NCBI GenBank assembly: GCA_963771175.1
Contig: CAVYSY010000039.1
Location: 128,001 to 192,000, forward strand
Length of the DNA stretch: 64,000 nt
Direction of reading: 5' to 3'
From: an uncultured delta proteobacterium
GTDB lineage: Bacteria > Myxococcota > Myxococcia > Myxococcales > Myxococcaceae
A model generated the notes under the pieces. It was not told the origin of the DNA, searched no databases, and was given only the letters and a program-made list of their open reading frames with translations. Positions 44,160 through 55,122 of this stretch are shown here, piece by piece. The stretch's first letter is position 1; each line of letters starts with the position of its first letter. The position numbers were made by a program, and so were the translations under genes.

Positions 44160-45479
44160 ATGGGTTTCTGGAAGCACTGCATGACGGTGGCCGGTCTGGG
44201 GCTGGGCCTGATGTCGGGAGGGGTCCACGCCCAGAGTGCGGAGGACTTCATGATGGCGCAGCAGGAGGCGGAGCCCGCGCCGCCGCTGGCGCTCGACACC
44301 TCGGACGACTTCACGCTGCAGTCTTTCTCCGGGCGCTCGGTGCTGCCGGTGAAGGTGCGCAACTGCTGGTACTTCGCGTACAGCGCCTATCCGGCCCCCG
44401 GCTACGGCGGTCCACCCTTCCTGGTGTCCTGGCTCGTCGTGGAGCGGCTGCCCATTGGAGGTTGCCAACGGCAGGCGAAGGTGTTGGCCACCACCTACGC
44501 GGTGAACACGCTGTTGGCGCTGACTCATGCGGGGGACGACCTCGTCATCGCCTACGGCGTCACGCGCGCCCCGCCCATGTACTACCAGATACCGAACGCG
44601 GTGGTGCTCATGCACGTCTCGACAGACACACTGGAGAACCAGCGCACGGTCAACAACGAGCTGAGCCTGGGCCTCCCCTCCGGGACCGGCGGCGTGACCG
44701 CCAGCCACATGGAGTTCGTCGGGCAGTCGCTGGTGGTGCATGGCCACAAGACGGGCACCATCACCTCCGGGATGCCCGAGGAGGGCTCCGGGCCCTTCTT
44801 CAAGGCCACCTTCGAGGACTTCCTGCGTAGCACCACGCCGCCCTCCATCCTCGCCTCGGAGAGCCCGACGACGGAGCTGGGCGCCGAGGAGCTGCGGGCC
44901 ATCGAGGCCCGACAGGTGGATCCGGTCGCCTACGAATCGCCCTTCACCGCGGAACGCACGCGCTTCATGCCACCCTTCCAGGTGCGCAACTGCTGGTACG
45001 TGATGCACCAGCAGTGGAGCTACTACGCGAGCCCCAACAGCCTATATGTGGACCGGCTGCCGGTGAATGGCTGCTCGGCGGGACGCCTGTTCCTGGACTA
45101 CTCGTGGTCCCCGCAACGGTTCATGGTGGCGGTGCGGCAGGGAGAGATGGCCATGGCCTGGACGCGTGGCATGTTGTCGTACTGGCCGTACTGGCAAGAC
45201 ATCGCCCTGCAAGTCGCCCATGTGGATGCGCAGGCGCTGCAGATCCAGAGGAGCGCCAACACGCGGCTGTCGGTGGCCGTCCGCTGGGACGAGAACGGCT
45301 ATTACGGCGGTGCGGTGATTCCCGAGCAGCTGACCTTCGACGGCCACCGCCTGGTGGTACAGGGTACGAAGAGTGGCCCGCTGCAGGAGGTGCAGGAGAG
45401 CGGCTCCGGCTCGAACTTCATCGCCACCTTCGAGCACTTCCTGAACAGCGACGAACCGCCCTCGGTGGTCGCCTTCTGA
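44160..45479 (+). CDS. Secreted hypothetical protein with an internal duplication
   Basis: Signal peptide VHA-Q; two copies of P..VRNCWY...V.RLP..GC...GSG..F.ATFE.FL.S..PPS. Confidence 0.8.
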   Translation: MGFWKHCMTVAGLGLGLMSGGVHAQSAEDFMMAQQEAEPAPPLALDTSDDFTLQSFSGRSVLPVKVRNCWYFAYSAYPAPGYGGPPFLVSWLVVERLPIGGCQRQAKVLATTYAVNTLLALTHAGDDLVIAYGVTRAPPMYYQIPNAVVLMHVSTDTLENQRTVNNELSLGLPSGTGGVTASHMEFVGQSLVVHGHKTGTITSGMPEEGSGPFFKATFEDFLRSTTPPSILASESPTTELGAEELRAIEARQVDPVAYESPFTAERTRFMPPFQVRNCWYVMHQQWSYYASPNSLYVDRLPVNGCSAGRLFLDYSWSPQRFMVAVRQGEMAMAWTRGMLSYWPYWQDIALQVAHVDAQALQIQRSANTRLSVAVRWDENGYYGGAVIPEQLTFDGHRLVVQGTKSGPLQEVQESGSGSNFIATFEHFLNSDEPPSVVAF

Positions 45480-45680
45480 TGACGTGACGCTGGCGCCCAA
45501 GTAGGACCGGGAAGGCCCATCGGCCGCATCACGACCGAGCAGCCATCCCACCTCGCGGGGTGAGGCAGGGTCCGCTTCTCCCCTCCTCCCCCCGTGAGGA
45601 CCCTCGACCCATAGTACATGCTCACGGCACGGTCCCGAGGGTCCGTGCCCGGGACGGTGCATATGGGGACGGCGGCAACC

Positions 45681-46743
45681 ATGCCCCCAAAGGGGCCAGG
45701 CGCTCGCAAGCTTCGCCTGCAACCCCGGCTGCTCATTCCCCTGGGCGTGCTGGCCGTGGCGGTGCTCGCCTGGAGCGGCTACCGAGCCTGGGCCGCTCGC
45801 CAGCCGTACACCTGGGCGGGCACCGTGGAAGCCCGAGACATCGCCGTGGGCTCGCGCGTGGGCGGCCGGGTGAAGGAGGTGCTCGTGCGCGAGGGCGAGC
45901 GCGTGGAGGCCGGCCAGCCCCTCGTCGTCCTGGAGGCGGGAGACCTGCGCGCCCAGCGCCTCCAGGCGGAAGGCCAGCTCATGCAGGCCGAGGCCGCGCT
46001 CGACAAGCTGGTGGGCGGTGCCCCTTCCGCGAGTACCGGAATGGGAGGTAGCGGGCCGCCCCCGTCCGGCAGCCTGGCCGAGCAGGTGGCCCGAGCCCGC
46101 GCGGAGCTGGCCGCCGCCCAATCGGCCCTGAGCAAGGCGGAGGTGGACGCGCGACGCATGCGGCTCCTCTTCCAGCAGGAGGTGAGTCCCCGCGCCGATC
46201 TCGAGGCCGCCGAGGCCACGCTCCAGCAGGCCCGCGCGCAACGGGATGCCCGCCGGGCCATGCTCCAGGAGTTGCAGCAAGGAACGAGCGCGGACGTCCG
46301 AGCGCAACAAGGAGTGGTGGAGGCCGCGCGGGGTCGGCTGGAGGCCATCGACGTGGCGCTCGCCGAGCTGACCATCCGTGCGCCGGTGGCCGCCCGCGTG
46401 GAGATCGCTGGAGCTGCGGCCTGGAGATCTGCTCCCGCCCAACGCCACCGCCGCCACCCTGGTCGAGGACGATCAGCTCTTCGTGCGCATCTACGTGCCG
46501 GAGACGCACCTGGGCAGGCTGAAACCGGGGAGCGAGGTGCCCGTGCGCGTGGACTCCTTCCCGAACCGCACCTTCACGGGCGTCGTCGAGAACATCGCCT
46601 CCGAGGGCGAGTACACGCCTCGCAACCTCCAGACGCCGGACGAGCGCGCGGAGCAGGTCTTCGCCGCGCGCATCGGCCTGCGCCAGGAGGGCCTGCGCCA
46701 GCTCCGCGCGGGGATGGCCGCCTATGTCACGGTGCCGCGATGA
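45681..46743 (+). CDS. HlyD-family membrane fusion protein (frameshift near 46405)
   Basis: [39 protein letters not shown]. Confidence 0.88.
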
Positions 46744-47741
46744 GCGAGCCAGAGTCCGCCATCTCCGTCCGAGGGCTGACCCGGCGCTTCGGGGACTTCA
46801 CCGCGCTGGACCGCGTGGACCTGGAGGTCCACACCGGCTCCATCTACGGGCTGCTCGGACCCAACGGCACCGGCAAGTCGACGCTCATCCGCATCCTCTG
46901 CGGGCTGCTCGCGCCCACCGCGGGAGGCGCGCGGGTGCTCGGCCTCGACGTGGCGCGCGAGGGCGAGGAGATCCGCCGGCGCATCGGCTACATGAGCCAG
47001 CGGTTCTCCCTCTACGAGGATCTCACCGTCCTGGAGAACCTCGAGTTCTACGCCCGCATCTACGGCCTGTCCGGGGCCCGGGCGCGGAATCGGCTGGAGG
47101 CGGCGGTGGAGCTCACGCACATCCGCCCGTACCTGGAGCGGCGCGCGGGGCAGCTCTCGGGCGGCTGGAAGCAGCGGCTGGCGCTGGGGGCGGCGCTGAT
47201 GCACGAGCCCCGGGTGGTGTTCCTCGACGAGCCGACGGCCGGCATCGATCCGGTGGCCCGCCGCGAGCTGTGGGATCTGCTCTTCCAGCTGGCGGCCGAG
47301 GGCGTCACGCTCTTCGTCACCACGCACTACATGGACGAGGCCGAGCGCTGCGGCGAGGTCGGCTACCTGTACCTCTCGAAGCTGCTCGTCACGGGCACGC
47401 CGGACGAGCTCAAGAGGCTGCCGGCGGTCCACCGTCCGGGCCAACGCCGCCTGGAGGTCGAGACGGCACACCCGGCGCGCGCGCTCTCCTTGCTGCGGAC
47501 CGTCCCCTGGTGCCACGGCGCCACCATCTTCGGAGGGTCCGTGCACGCGCTGGTGGACACGAGCCTGACTGACGCGGAGGTGCTCGCGGGGATGGAGGGA
47601 GCGGGCTTCCCCGCGGAGGTCCGCCCCATCGCGCCCTCGCTCGAGGACGTCTTCGTGGCCCTCACCGAGCAGGCCGCGCGGGAGCGGGAGAGCACGGGCA
47701 ACGGGCAGCCCCGGATGGAGCTCGCGGAGGTGCATCCATGA
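46740..47741 (+). CDS. ABC transporter ATP-binding protein (YbhF-like)
   Basis: [33 protein letters not shown]. Confidence 0.93.
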   Translation: MSEPESAISVRGLTRRFGDFTALDRVDLEVHTGSIYGLLGPNGTGKSTLIRILCGLLAPTAGGARVLGLDVAREGEEIRRRIGYMSQRFSLYEDLTVLENLEFYARIYGLSGARARNRLEAAVELTHIRPYLERRAGQLSGGWKQRLALGAALMHEPRVVFLDEPTAGIDPVARRELWDLLFQLAAEGVTLFVTTHYMDEAERCGEVGYLYLSKLLVTGTPDELKRLPAVHRPGQRRLEVETAHPARALSLLRTVPWCHGATIFGGSVHALVDTSLTDAEVLAGMEGAGFPAEVRPIAPSLEDVFVALTEQAARERESTGNGQPRMELAEVHP

Positions 47742-48875
47742 ACATGCGGCTCATCTGGGACTCCTTCGTCGCGGTCATCAGCAAGGAGTTCGTCCACGTG
47801 CGGCGGGATCGGGCCACGCTGCTCGCCGCGCTCTCCATCCCCATCTTCCAGCTCATCCTGTTCGGCTTCATCGACCAGACGGTGCGACACGTGCCGACGG
47901 TGGTGGTCGACCAGGACCGGACGAGCGCCAGCCGCGAGCTGGTGCAACAACTCGAGGCCACCGACACCTTCGACGTGGTGGAGGTGACGTCGAACCCCCA
48001 GGAGGCTCGCGAGCGCATCATCCAGGGACGAGCGAAGGTGGGCGTGGTGATCCCCCCGAAGTTCGGTGCCACGACGAACGCGGGCGGACCCGGGCGAGCA
48101 CGCCTCGATGCTGGTGCTCATCGACGGCTCGGACTCGATGGTCAGCTCGCAGGCGCTGGCGGCGGTGAACGGGCTGGCGGCGAAGGTGAACCTGGAGGCG
48201 GTCTCCGAGCGCATCGGCACCGCGGCCGATCCGGTGCTGGACGCGCAGCCGATCATCCTCTTCAACCCGAGCGGCCGCACGGCGAACTACATCATCCCGG
48301 GTCTGGTCGCCATCCTGCTGCAGATCGTGGCCACGCTGCTGACGGCGGTGGCGATCGTGCGCGAGCGCGAGCAGGGCACGCTCGAGCAGCTCCTGGTGAC
48401 GCCGGTGCACCCGCTCGGGCTGATGCTCGGCAAGCTGGTGCCCTACCTCGTCCTCGGGATGGTGGAGATGATCCTCATCCTGCTGGCGATGCGCTTCGGC
48501 TTCGGCGTGCCCATCCGCGGCAACCTGCTGTTCCTCTTCGCGATGGCGGTGGTGTACCTGTTCGCGCTGCTGGCGCTGGGGCTGTTCATCTCGACGCGCG
48601 CGCAGACCCAGGCGCAGGCGCAGCAGATGGCGCAGCTCTTCATCCTGCCGTCGATCTTCCTCTCCGGCTACATCTTCCCGGTGTCCGGGCTGCCGTGGCC
48701 CCTGTACGCAATCGGCCGCATCCTGCCGGCCACGCACATGGTCGAGATCATGCGCGGCGTGGTGCTGCGCGACGCGGGGTTGATGGACCTGCTGCCCAAC
48801 GTGCTCGCGCTGCTGGCGCTGTGCATCGTGCTGCTGGGGATGAGCGTGCGCCGGTTCCAGAAGATCACCGCGTGA
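47738..48875 (+). CDS. ABC-2 type permease (frameshift near 48065)
   Basis: [33 protein letters not shown]. Confidence 0.9.
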
Positions 48876-48907
48876 GCACGGGAAGGCCCCATGATGAAAG
48901 GCGGTCC

Positions 48908-49318
48908 TCAGCGGGGTCGCCGTGACCGCACCGTGCGGTCAATCAACGTCTTGTAGACGAGCGCTCCGGGAATGCTGCCAACCAGCCAGAAGACAACAGC
49001 CTCGATGAAGAAGAAGCGCTCCCGCCCGGCGATCCCGAAGTGGGTGAGAACCATCCCGCCCGCGCTGGCCAGCGCACCGCCGAGCAGACCCGCATGCACG
49101 GGCGCTCGGCCGAGACCAAAGAAACACCCCCCAAGCACACCGCCGAGCGTGCCGAGCGCGAACACGAACCGCCGATTCACTTCTGGGTCGCCGCCAAACC
49201 CAGCTACTTCCTGCGCCCCCAACACCGCGGGCAGGAACATCAGCACGAAGCCTATCTGGTTGAGGCGGGTGGCGCCGTCCTCACGGTGCAGTGCGAACGG
49301 ATTGACGTTGTCTTTCAA
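48908..49318 (-). CDS. Small hypothetical membrane protein
   Basis: Four hydrophobic Gly-rich segments; TTG start uncertain. Confidence 0.5.
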   Translation of the reverse strand: MKDNVNPFALHREDGATRLNQIGFVLMFLPAVLGAQEVAGFGGDPEVNRRFVFALGTLGGVLGGCFFGLGRAPVHAGLLGGALASAGGMVLTHFGIAGRERFFFIEAVVFWLVGSIPGALVYKTLIDRTVRSRRPR

Positions 49319-49401
49319 TCAAGGCTCCCAGAAGCGCATGCGCATCTCATGAGAACGGACTCTACCGCTGTCGAGTCCCGCGTTTCGAGTCAAACCGCGC
49401 T

Positions 49402-50304
49402 CTACGGAAACGTCACATGGGAGAGGGAGAGGGCGCGACCTCCCCCCCCCACAGACGAATCGTCACGTCTCCTCGTGGCGATTCAGGCGCCGCGTCTGCC
49501 TCAACGAACACCCACCGAGTCTGCTGAGGCGGGATGGCTTCGCTCTGCCCGATCCTTATCCCCTCCAACTTCTCACCCGTGACGGTCACTATGGAGGCCC
49601 CCTCGGCGGTCCAGGGCTCGGCGCCGAAGTTGCTCAACAACAGTCGCACCGCGACACTGTTGCTGGAGCGCAAACTACCGCATTCTCGTCATGGAGAGAG
49701 CGCCGTTCGAATGCTGCTCAATCGACCTCGGTAGAAGCTCCTTGGCTGGAATGCCGTTCTCTCTCAACGCCCCATCGAGAAAGAGGCCCCGGAGCCCACC
49801 CGGCTTGATGAGCTGGGCTCGTAGCTGCTGGTTTTCCTCGAGCAGCTTCTGGTTCTTCGCGCGTTCTCGCTCCACCTCCTGCCGGTAGGACTCCCGGGGG
49901 CGTGGGTCGCGGTACACCTCCACCTGTCGGGTCGCCTGTCCCCGGCGAGCCACCAGCATGAAGGTGATGCCCTGCTGCGATTCTCCCTCTCCGAAGCGCA
50001 CTGTGAGCCGAATCCGCTCTCCAGACGCCATATCCTTCGGGGGCACGAAACTGATGCCGCCGTAGCCGCGTAGCACCTCGGCGAAGCGCACCTCGTCCTG
50101 AAGCTCCACGGACGCCGGTACGTCGAAGAGAAAGCCTGTCATGAGCCCCGGGCTGATGCAGATCTCATGCGCGACCTCGCTGGAGGCCAGGGATAACTCG
50201 ACGCGCTCGACGTCCTCACAGTTCGCAACGAAGGGTGACTGCGCTACGGGGCTTCCTTGAAGCAGCACCAGGACCATCAGGGATGGAGGGGATGCTAGGA
50301 GCAT
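49402..50304 (-). CDS. DUF2381-family protein (frameshifts near 49680 and 49445)
   Basis: ICISPGLMTGFLFD, RLTVRF, ATRQVEVYR, N.GAEPWTAEGA; ends VTFP*; follows a Ser/Thr kinase. Confidence 0.8.
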
Positions 50305-50327
50305 TTGCTGCCGCCTCCAGAGCGGCT

Positions 50328-52007
50328 CTACTCGAAGCGGCGTACGAGTCGGACGGTGAGGGAGGAATCGACGCGCGCCTCTTGGGCCGTACTGCCGGGC
50401 AAGGCTTCAGCGCCAAGCACGCCCAGCTCAGTCACTTGCATGCAGACGGGCACGGTCTCTCCGCCGGGGAGCCGGGCCGAGGTAAAGCGGCCATAGACAC
50501 GCCCCTGACCAAAGAAGAAGCGCCCGGAGAAGATGGTCCAATCTGGGAACGTGCCCCACGGGCCAAGGATCTCGGCCGTAATGGCCCCCTCACGCACAGG
50601 TACGATTCCAACCTTGCCAAAGGGAAGGAGGGTCACACCATGGACCGCCGAATCTTCGTACTGACCGTCGAGGTTCAAACCATAGCGCACGTGTACCTCG
50701 GCGGCGCCCGGCGGGCACTCCGCCGGCTTGGGGGGCAGGCGCGGCTGGGGGCCGCTCGCGCAGGCGGAGCCTGCGACGCAGGCAGCGGCAAAGAGTGAGC
50801 GGGTCTTTCGGTTCTTGAGCATTCGGTGTTCCTCGCTGTGCATCGCGCAGGCGATGGGCGCGGGGGTGGATGACCTCGGAGGTTCCGCGCCGGACACAAC
50901 TTCTCCCGTCATGTCGGCCGAATCGAATTCCTGGCCGAAGCTGTCCTGAGGCGTCGTGTGGTGGAGGATCAACTCCGTGAGTGGGGAGACCTCGGGAGGG
51001 ACGCCCAGAAGAACGGCTGCGGCGAACACGAGCCCGACAGCCCAGGGCCACCGCTGGGAGGGCGAGTGCTCGCGCACTGCCGGGGGCGGGACAGGGACGG
51101 GGCGCTTCTCCTTCCTCCCTCCCGGGAAGAGCGGCACGCGCCAGGAGTCGTCGGCCAGGGCCGCGGCCTCCTCCAGGGCCTCCGCGAGCTTGCCGGCGTC
51201 CGCGAACCGCGCCTCGGGGGCCTTCTCCAGCATGCGCATGCACAACTCGCCCAGCGCCCGAGGCACGCGGGAGTTGAGCTCGTGCGGCGGTATGGGGGGC
51301 TCCTCGAGGATGGCCTGTACCAGGCGCAGGTTGTACCGATCCCCGAAGGGCAGCGTGCGCGTCAGCAGCCAGTAGGTGGTGACGCCCAGTGCCCACAGGT
51401 CGTCTCCCGGACCAGGTGGATACGGTCCTCCCTCCCACTCACGAGCGAAGCGCAGGGCCTCGGGGCTGCGATACTCCGGCGTTCCCGGCGGCAGGCGCAT
51501 CGTCAGGCGCGGCGCTCCCTCGTACCCGGCCGCGCCGAAGTCCACCAGCACCGGCTGCCCGTCCGACTCGCGCATGACGACGTTGGCTTCCTTCACGTCC
51601 CGGTGCACCACGCCCTCGGCATGCACGGCCGCCAGGGTGCCCGCGAGCGGTCGCAGCACCTGGCTCACCAGCTCGAGCGCGGTGGGGTTCTCCTCCGGTG
51701 CCCACACCTCCAGCGGGCGGCCCTCGACGAGCTCCAGCGCCAGCACCAGGAAGCGCGGCTTCTCGTGGGGCCAGAGACCGTAGCCATGGAAGCCCACCAC
51801 GTTCGGGTGCCGCACCCGGCGCAGGGCGTCCACTTCCCGATCGCCTCGCCCGTTCATGGGGACGAGTTTGATCGCGAAAAGCCGCCCGACACGCTTCGCC
51901 CGGAACACGGAGCCAAAGCTGCCGGAGGCGAGCAACCCCTCGATGATGAAGCCGGCCACCTCGCTGCCGGGAGCGAGCCCCAACAGCAGGGGCGGCTCGT
52001 TGGCCAT
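50328..52007 (-). CDS. Ser/Thr protein kinase with TM helix and C-terminal domain
   Basis: SGSFGSV, AIK, HRDVKEAN, DFG, GTPEYRSPE, DLWALG. Confidence 0.92.
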   Translation of the reverse strand: MANEPPLLLGLAPGSEVAGFIIEGLLASGSFGSVFRAKRVGRLFAIKLVPMNGRGDREVDALRRVRHPNVVGFHGYGLWPHEKPRFLVLALELVEGRPLEVWAPEENPTALELVSQVLRPLAGTLAAVHAEGVVHRDVKEANVVMRESDGQPVLVDFGAAGYEGAPRLTMRLPPGTPEYRSPEALRFAREWEGGPYPPGPGDDLWALGVTTYWLLTRTLPFGDRYNLRLVQAILEEPPIPPHELNSRVPRALGELCMRMLEKAPEARFADAGKLAEALEEAAALADDSWRVPLFPGGRKEKRPVPVPPPAVREHSPSQRWPWAVGLVFAAAVLLGVPPEVSPLTELILHHTTPQDSFGQEFDSADMTGEVVSGAEPPRSSTPAPIACAMHSEEHRMLKNRKTRSLFAAACVAGSACASGPQPRLPPKPAECPPGAAEVHVRYGLNLDGQYEDSAVHGVTLLPFGKVGIVPVREGAITAEILGPWGTFPDWTIFSGRFFFGQGRVYGRFTSARLPGGETVPVCMQVTELGVLGAEALPGSTAQEARVDSSLTVRLVRRFE

Positions 52008-52276
52008 GCCCTGGATTCTGTCTTCGCGCATCCAGCCTGCCTCCTAAAACCCTGGAGGCTACCAGAGACATCACGAACGGCCCCGGACGCGACAGGTTGG
52101 GCTGGCGGAGGGTGAGCCGCTTGGATACGTGGCCTGCCCGTCCGCCACCTCCAAACCGACCTGATGGACCCCAAGCACCTCACGAGACCCGGCGGCTTGA
52201 CCTGGCTATCGGTCTCTTTCTGTAATCGACGGGTTTGGGCTTCCAGTTCGGGCGGTGCGCCCGGAGAGGTGCGGCA

Positions 52277-53710
52277 ATGTCTATCCATTCTGTCGATTCG
52301 CGCCCCGCTGACACACGGCGGCCCTTGCGTGCGGGGGCGCTGGCCCTGGCGGTGTTGATGCTGGTTACAGCGTGCGCCACGGGGGCCCCGATGGGCACGG
52401 CGGGGCACCGTTACCGTCCGTCCGCTCCTCACGACTCGCCCGAAGCGGGAGCGCTGGAGTCGGAAGCCGACGATGGGGGTCAGGGAGAAGCTATCTTCAC
52501 CAAGCTGCCCACGGACTTCGCGCCTGTGCAGGTGAGTGATTCCGAGCTTACGGCAGCCCTGACCACGCTTTGGCTCGACGTGCCGCTGCGAGTGGTCAGG
52601 TCCCGACCCACTCTGTATGTTGGCCGTAGGCTGGCGTTGGCTTCCGTGTCTTTGAGTGGGGAAGCCTGGAAATCAGACCTGGCGCAGTCCTATGGGCATT
52701 ATTGCGAGCGGTGCGGCACTCCGGGCGATTGTCTGACCCTGTTTGACGACGGGCCCCGCCTCCAAGATGACGACAAGCGCCGCCTTGCGCTTGCCCTGGC
52801 GGTGGGCCCTGCCCTGGAAGGCGTAAACGCGGAAGTGCGGGCGATGCTCAACCCTACACGGGCGCTGACGATGCTTAGCATCACCATAACGGTTTACATG
52901 GCGCTATTGTTGGCACCAATACCCGAGCCGGTGACAAAGGGCGCAGCCCTGGTGTTTAGCGCCGCCATGTGGGCTTATCTCGGGTGGGAATTCTTCAATC
53001 TACTGAAAGCCTATGCGGAGCTTCACGAAGACGCGCCCCGCGCCTCCACCTTTGCGGAACTGCGCGAAATAGGCGATCGGTTCGGCCGTGTCATCGGCCC
53101 CAACAGCGTGCGGATTCTCGTACTGGTGGGGACGGCGGCGATAGGAGAAACGGCGGCGCTCGCATCCAAGGCCCCGAAGCTACCAGGATTCGCACAAGCT
53201 TCGGAGAGGTTCGCGGCCAATGCCGGCTTGCACTTGCAGGATGCGGCAACCGGAGCCGAGCGCGTCATTATCTCGGTGCCCGAGGGCACGATCCGCCTTG
53301 TGTTGGCGCCTCACGTCGTGGCCATGGCGGCCCGGAGCGTTGCCGCTGGGAGTCCTGCACCGAGTCGGGGTAGGCTCCTGCCCAATGGGCATAGGGCGTG
53401 GGGATCGTATAGTGGCTTCAAGTCGGCCATGGGGTCAGCGGGCAAGGGCAAGGAATGGCATCACATCGTGGAGCAGACGCCGGGCAACGTGAAGCGGTTC
53501 GGGGGCGAGGCCCTTCACAATACCGAGAATGTCGCTGCGCTAGGAAAGCCCACCCACATGCGCATCAGTGCGTTTTACTCGTCGATTCAGCCGAAGATCA
53601 CGAACTCAAACACCCTGACAGTGCGGCAGTGGCTCAGCACTCAATCCTATGAAGCACAGCGCGAGTTCGGCTTGCTGACCATCAAGAACATTCTAGGAGG
53701 CATCTGGTGA
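52277..53710 (+). CDS. SitA5-like lipoprotein polymorphic toxin with HHIVEQ-type putative nuclease C-terminus
   Basis: Lipobox VTAC; GDCL, PEPVTK, AMAAR; EWHHIVEQ..HNTEN..H. Confidence 0.82.
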   Translation: MSIHSVDSRPADTRRPLRAGALALAVLMLVTACATGAPMGTAGHRYRPSAPHDSPEAGALESEADDGGQGEAIFTKLPTDFAPVQVSDSELTAALTTLWLDVPLRVVRSRPTLYVGRRLALASVSLSGEAWKSDLAQSYGHYCERCGTPGDCLTLFDDGPRLQDDDKRRLALALAVGPALEGVNAEVRAMLNPTRALTMLSITITVYMALLLAPIPEPVTKGAALVFSAAMWAYLGWEFFNLLKAYAELHEDAPRASTFAELREIGDRFGRVIGPNSVRILVLVGTAAIGETAALASKAPKLPGFAQASERFAANAGLHLQDAATGAERVIISVPEGTIRLVLAPHVVAMAARSVAAGSPAPSRGRLLPNGHRAWGSYSGFKSAMGSAGKGKEWHHIVEQTPGNVKRFGGEALHNTENVAALGKPTHMRISAFYSSIQPKITNSNTLTVRQWLSTQSYEAQREFGLLTIKNILGGIW

Positions 53711-54066
53711 CGGAGATTGAGGAACTTGTTGCGGAATTTGCCGAGAACGTGGCTGCACAGACGGACTCGATCTGGAGAGGCGACGCGAAGACCGGCAACA
53801 AGCACGCCAAGCGATACATAGCCGCATTCGACAAGTTGACCGCACATGGTGATGCCGGGCGCGATGCGCTCACCGTGCTGTTTACGCACCCTCGCATGGA
53901 CGTTCGGGTCTCGGCCGCTGCGTATTTGCTCCGATACCGGACGGCAGAGGCCCGCGCGATACTGGAAGAAGCGGCGACGGGTGAGGGGCTGGTACCCTTT
54001 GAGGCCTCGTTGGTACTGAAAAATTGGGAAAGCGGCACATGGGCCCTAGACCCTGCCGACGCTTGA
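53707..54066 (+). CDS. DUF2019-like putative immunity protein
   Basis: Start overlaps the toxin stop (GTGA); FAENVAAQ..GDAKTGNK, HPRMDVRVSAA. Confidence 0.8.
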   Translation: MTEIEELVAEFAENVAAQTDSIWRGDAKTGNKHAKRYIAAFDKLTAHGDAGRDALTVLFTHPRMDVRVSAAAYLLRYRTAEARAILEEAATGEGLVPFEASLVLKNWESGTWALDPADA

Positions 54067-54087
54067 GTGGCCAAGGGGCCAGGTCAC

Positions 54088-54963
54088 TCAGCCCGCGAGC
54101 ACCCAGGCCGCCGTCACCATGAGGCCCCCTGCCGCCGCGAACAGGCGCCACGCCCGGCGTGTCAGCACCATGCCCGTCCCCTCGCACGCGTTGCCCAGAA
54201 TCACCATCGCCGGCCCGCCCTGCTTCCCGCGCAGCTCATACACGCCCAGCACCGGGCCCTTCCTCAGTTCCCCCACCACCAGGCACTCCTCGCCGAGCTT
54301 CCCCACCCGCTCGTACGACAGTGCCTCCTCCACCTTCACGCCCTCCGCCAGCGGATTCTCCCTCTGGCAGCGGCGGATCCGCATCGGCGCCAGCAGCAGC
54401 TTCGGCGAGAAGCTCACCGTCGCCTCCGCTCGCTCCCCCTTCACCTGCAGCACCGGCGCGTACGCCCGCGCCACCGAGAGCAGCGGCCCCTTGCTCCCAT
54501 CCGGCATCACGCCGCGCAGCTCCGTCTCGTAGAAGGCACACACCACTCCGCCCGGCGACGTCACCTGGCCACTCGAAACCAGCCGTCCCTGGTACACGCC
54601 CCACCCCGGCGAGCGTCCCTCGCGCAGCGCCGCCACGCCTTCGTCGATGCTCCGGGGCGCCTCGGCCCGCAGCGTGTCCGCGCGCACCCACACCCGCGAG
54701 CCCACCACCGACAGCCCCGCCGCCGCCATCAGCAGCCCGAAGCCCACGCCGTCCCCGAAAGCCTCCGGCGACACCCACTGGAGCGGCCCGGCCCCTTCAC
54801 GCAGCACGACGAGCGCGAAGGCCACCGCCAACACTCCGAACCAGGCCAGCGGCCACTGGGGCGTGGAGGCTCGGGCGTCCTTCCGGCCAAAGGTGAAGGC
54901 CGCGAGCACCAGCGCGCTCAGGCCCGCCGCGTACAGCGGGGCAAATGCCAACCGAAAGTCCAT
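54088..54963 (-). CDS. Hypothetical membrane protein (possible GIDE-like soluble domain)
   Basis: Three N-terminal TMs and one C-terminal TM; SPGGVVCAFYE, YERVGKLGEECLVVG. Confidence 0.6.
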   Translation of the reverse strand: MDFRLAFAPLYAAGLSALVLAAFTFGRKDARASTPQWPLAWFGVLAVAFALVVLREGAGPLQWVSPEAFGDGVGFGLLMAAAGLSVVGSRVWVRADTLRAEAPRSIDEGVAALREGRSPGWGVYQGRLVSSGQVTSPGGVVCAFYETELRGVMPDGSKGPLLSVARAYAPVLQVKGERAEATVSFSPKLLLAPMRIRRCQRENPLAEGVKVEEALSYERVGKLGEECLVVGELRKGPVLGVYELRGKQGGPAMVILGNACEGTGMVLTRRAWRLFAAAGGLMVTAAWVLAG

Positions 54964-55122
54964 GGCTCCCCCTGCCTGGAGTCAGCACCGCGGCCCGCCT
55001 TCACGGTCAGGCCTCGGCCCGGCCAAAGGTGAGGACGCCACGAGGCCCCGGCAAGGGCACACCCGCCCCATGCACCCGTGCACCACCGGACGCGGGCTCG
55101 CCCTCGGGGAGGAGACCTCCCG

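Noticed and set aside
45618..47741. Apparent HlyD-ABC ATPase fusion
   Set aside because: A frameshift near 46405 joins two separate genes; the HlyD C-terminus is in another frame ending at 46743
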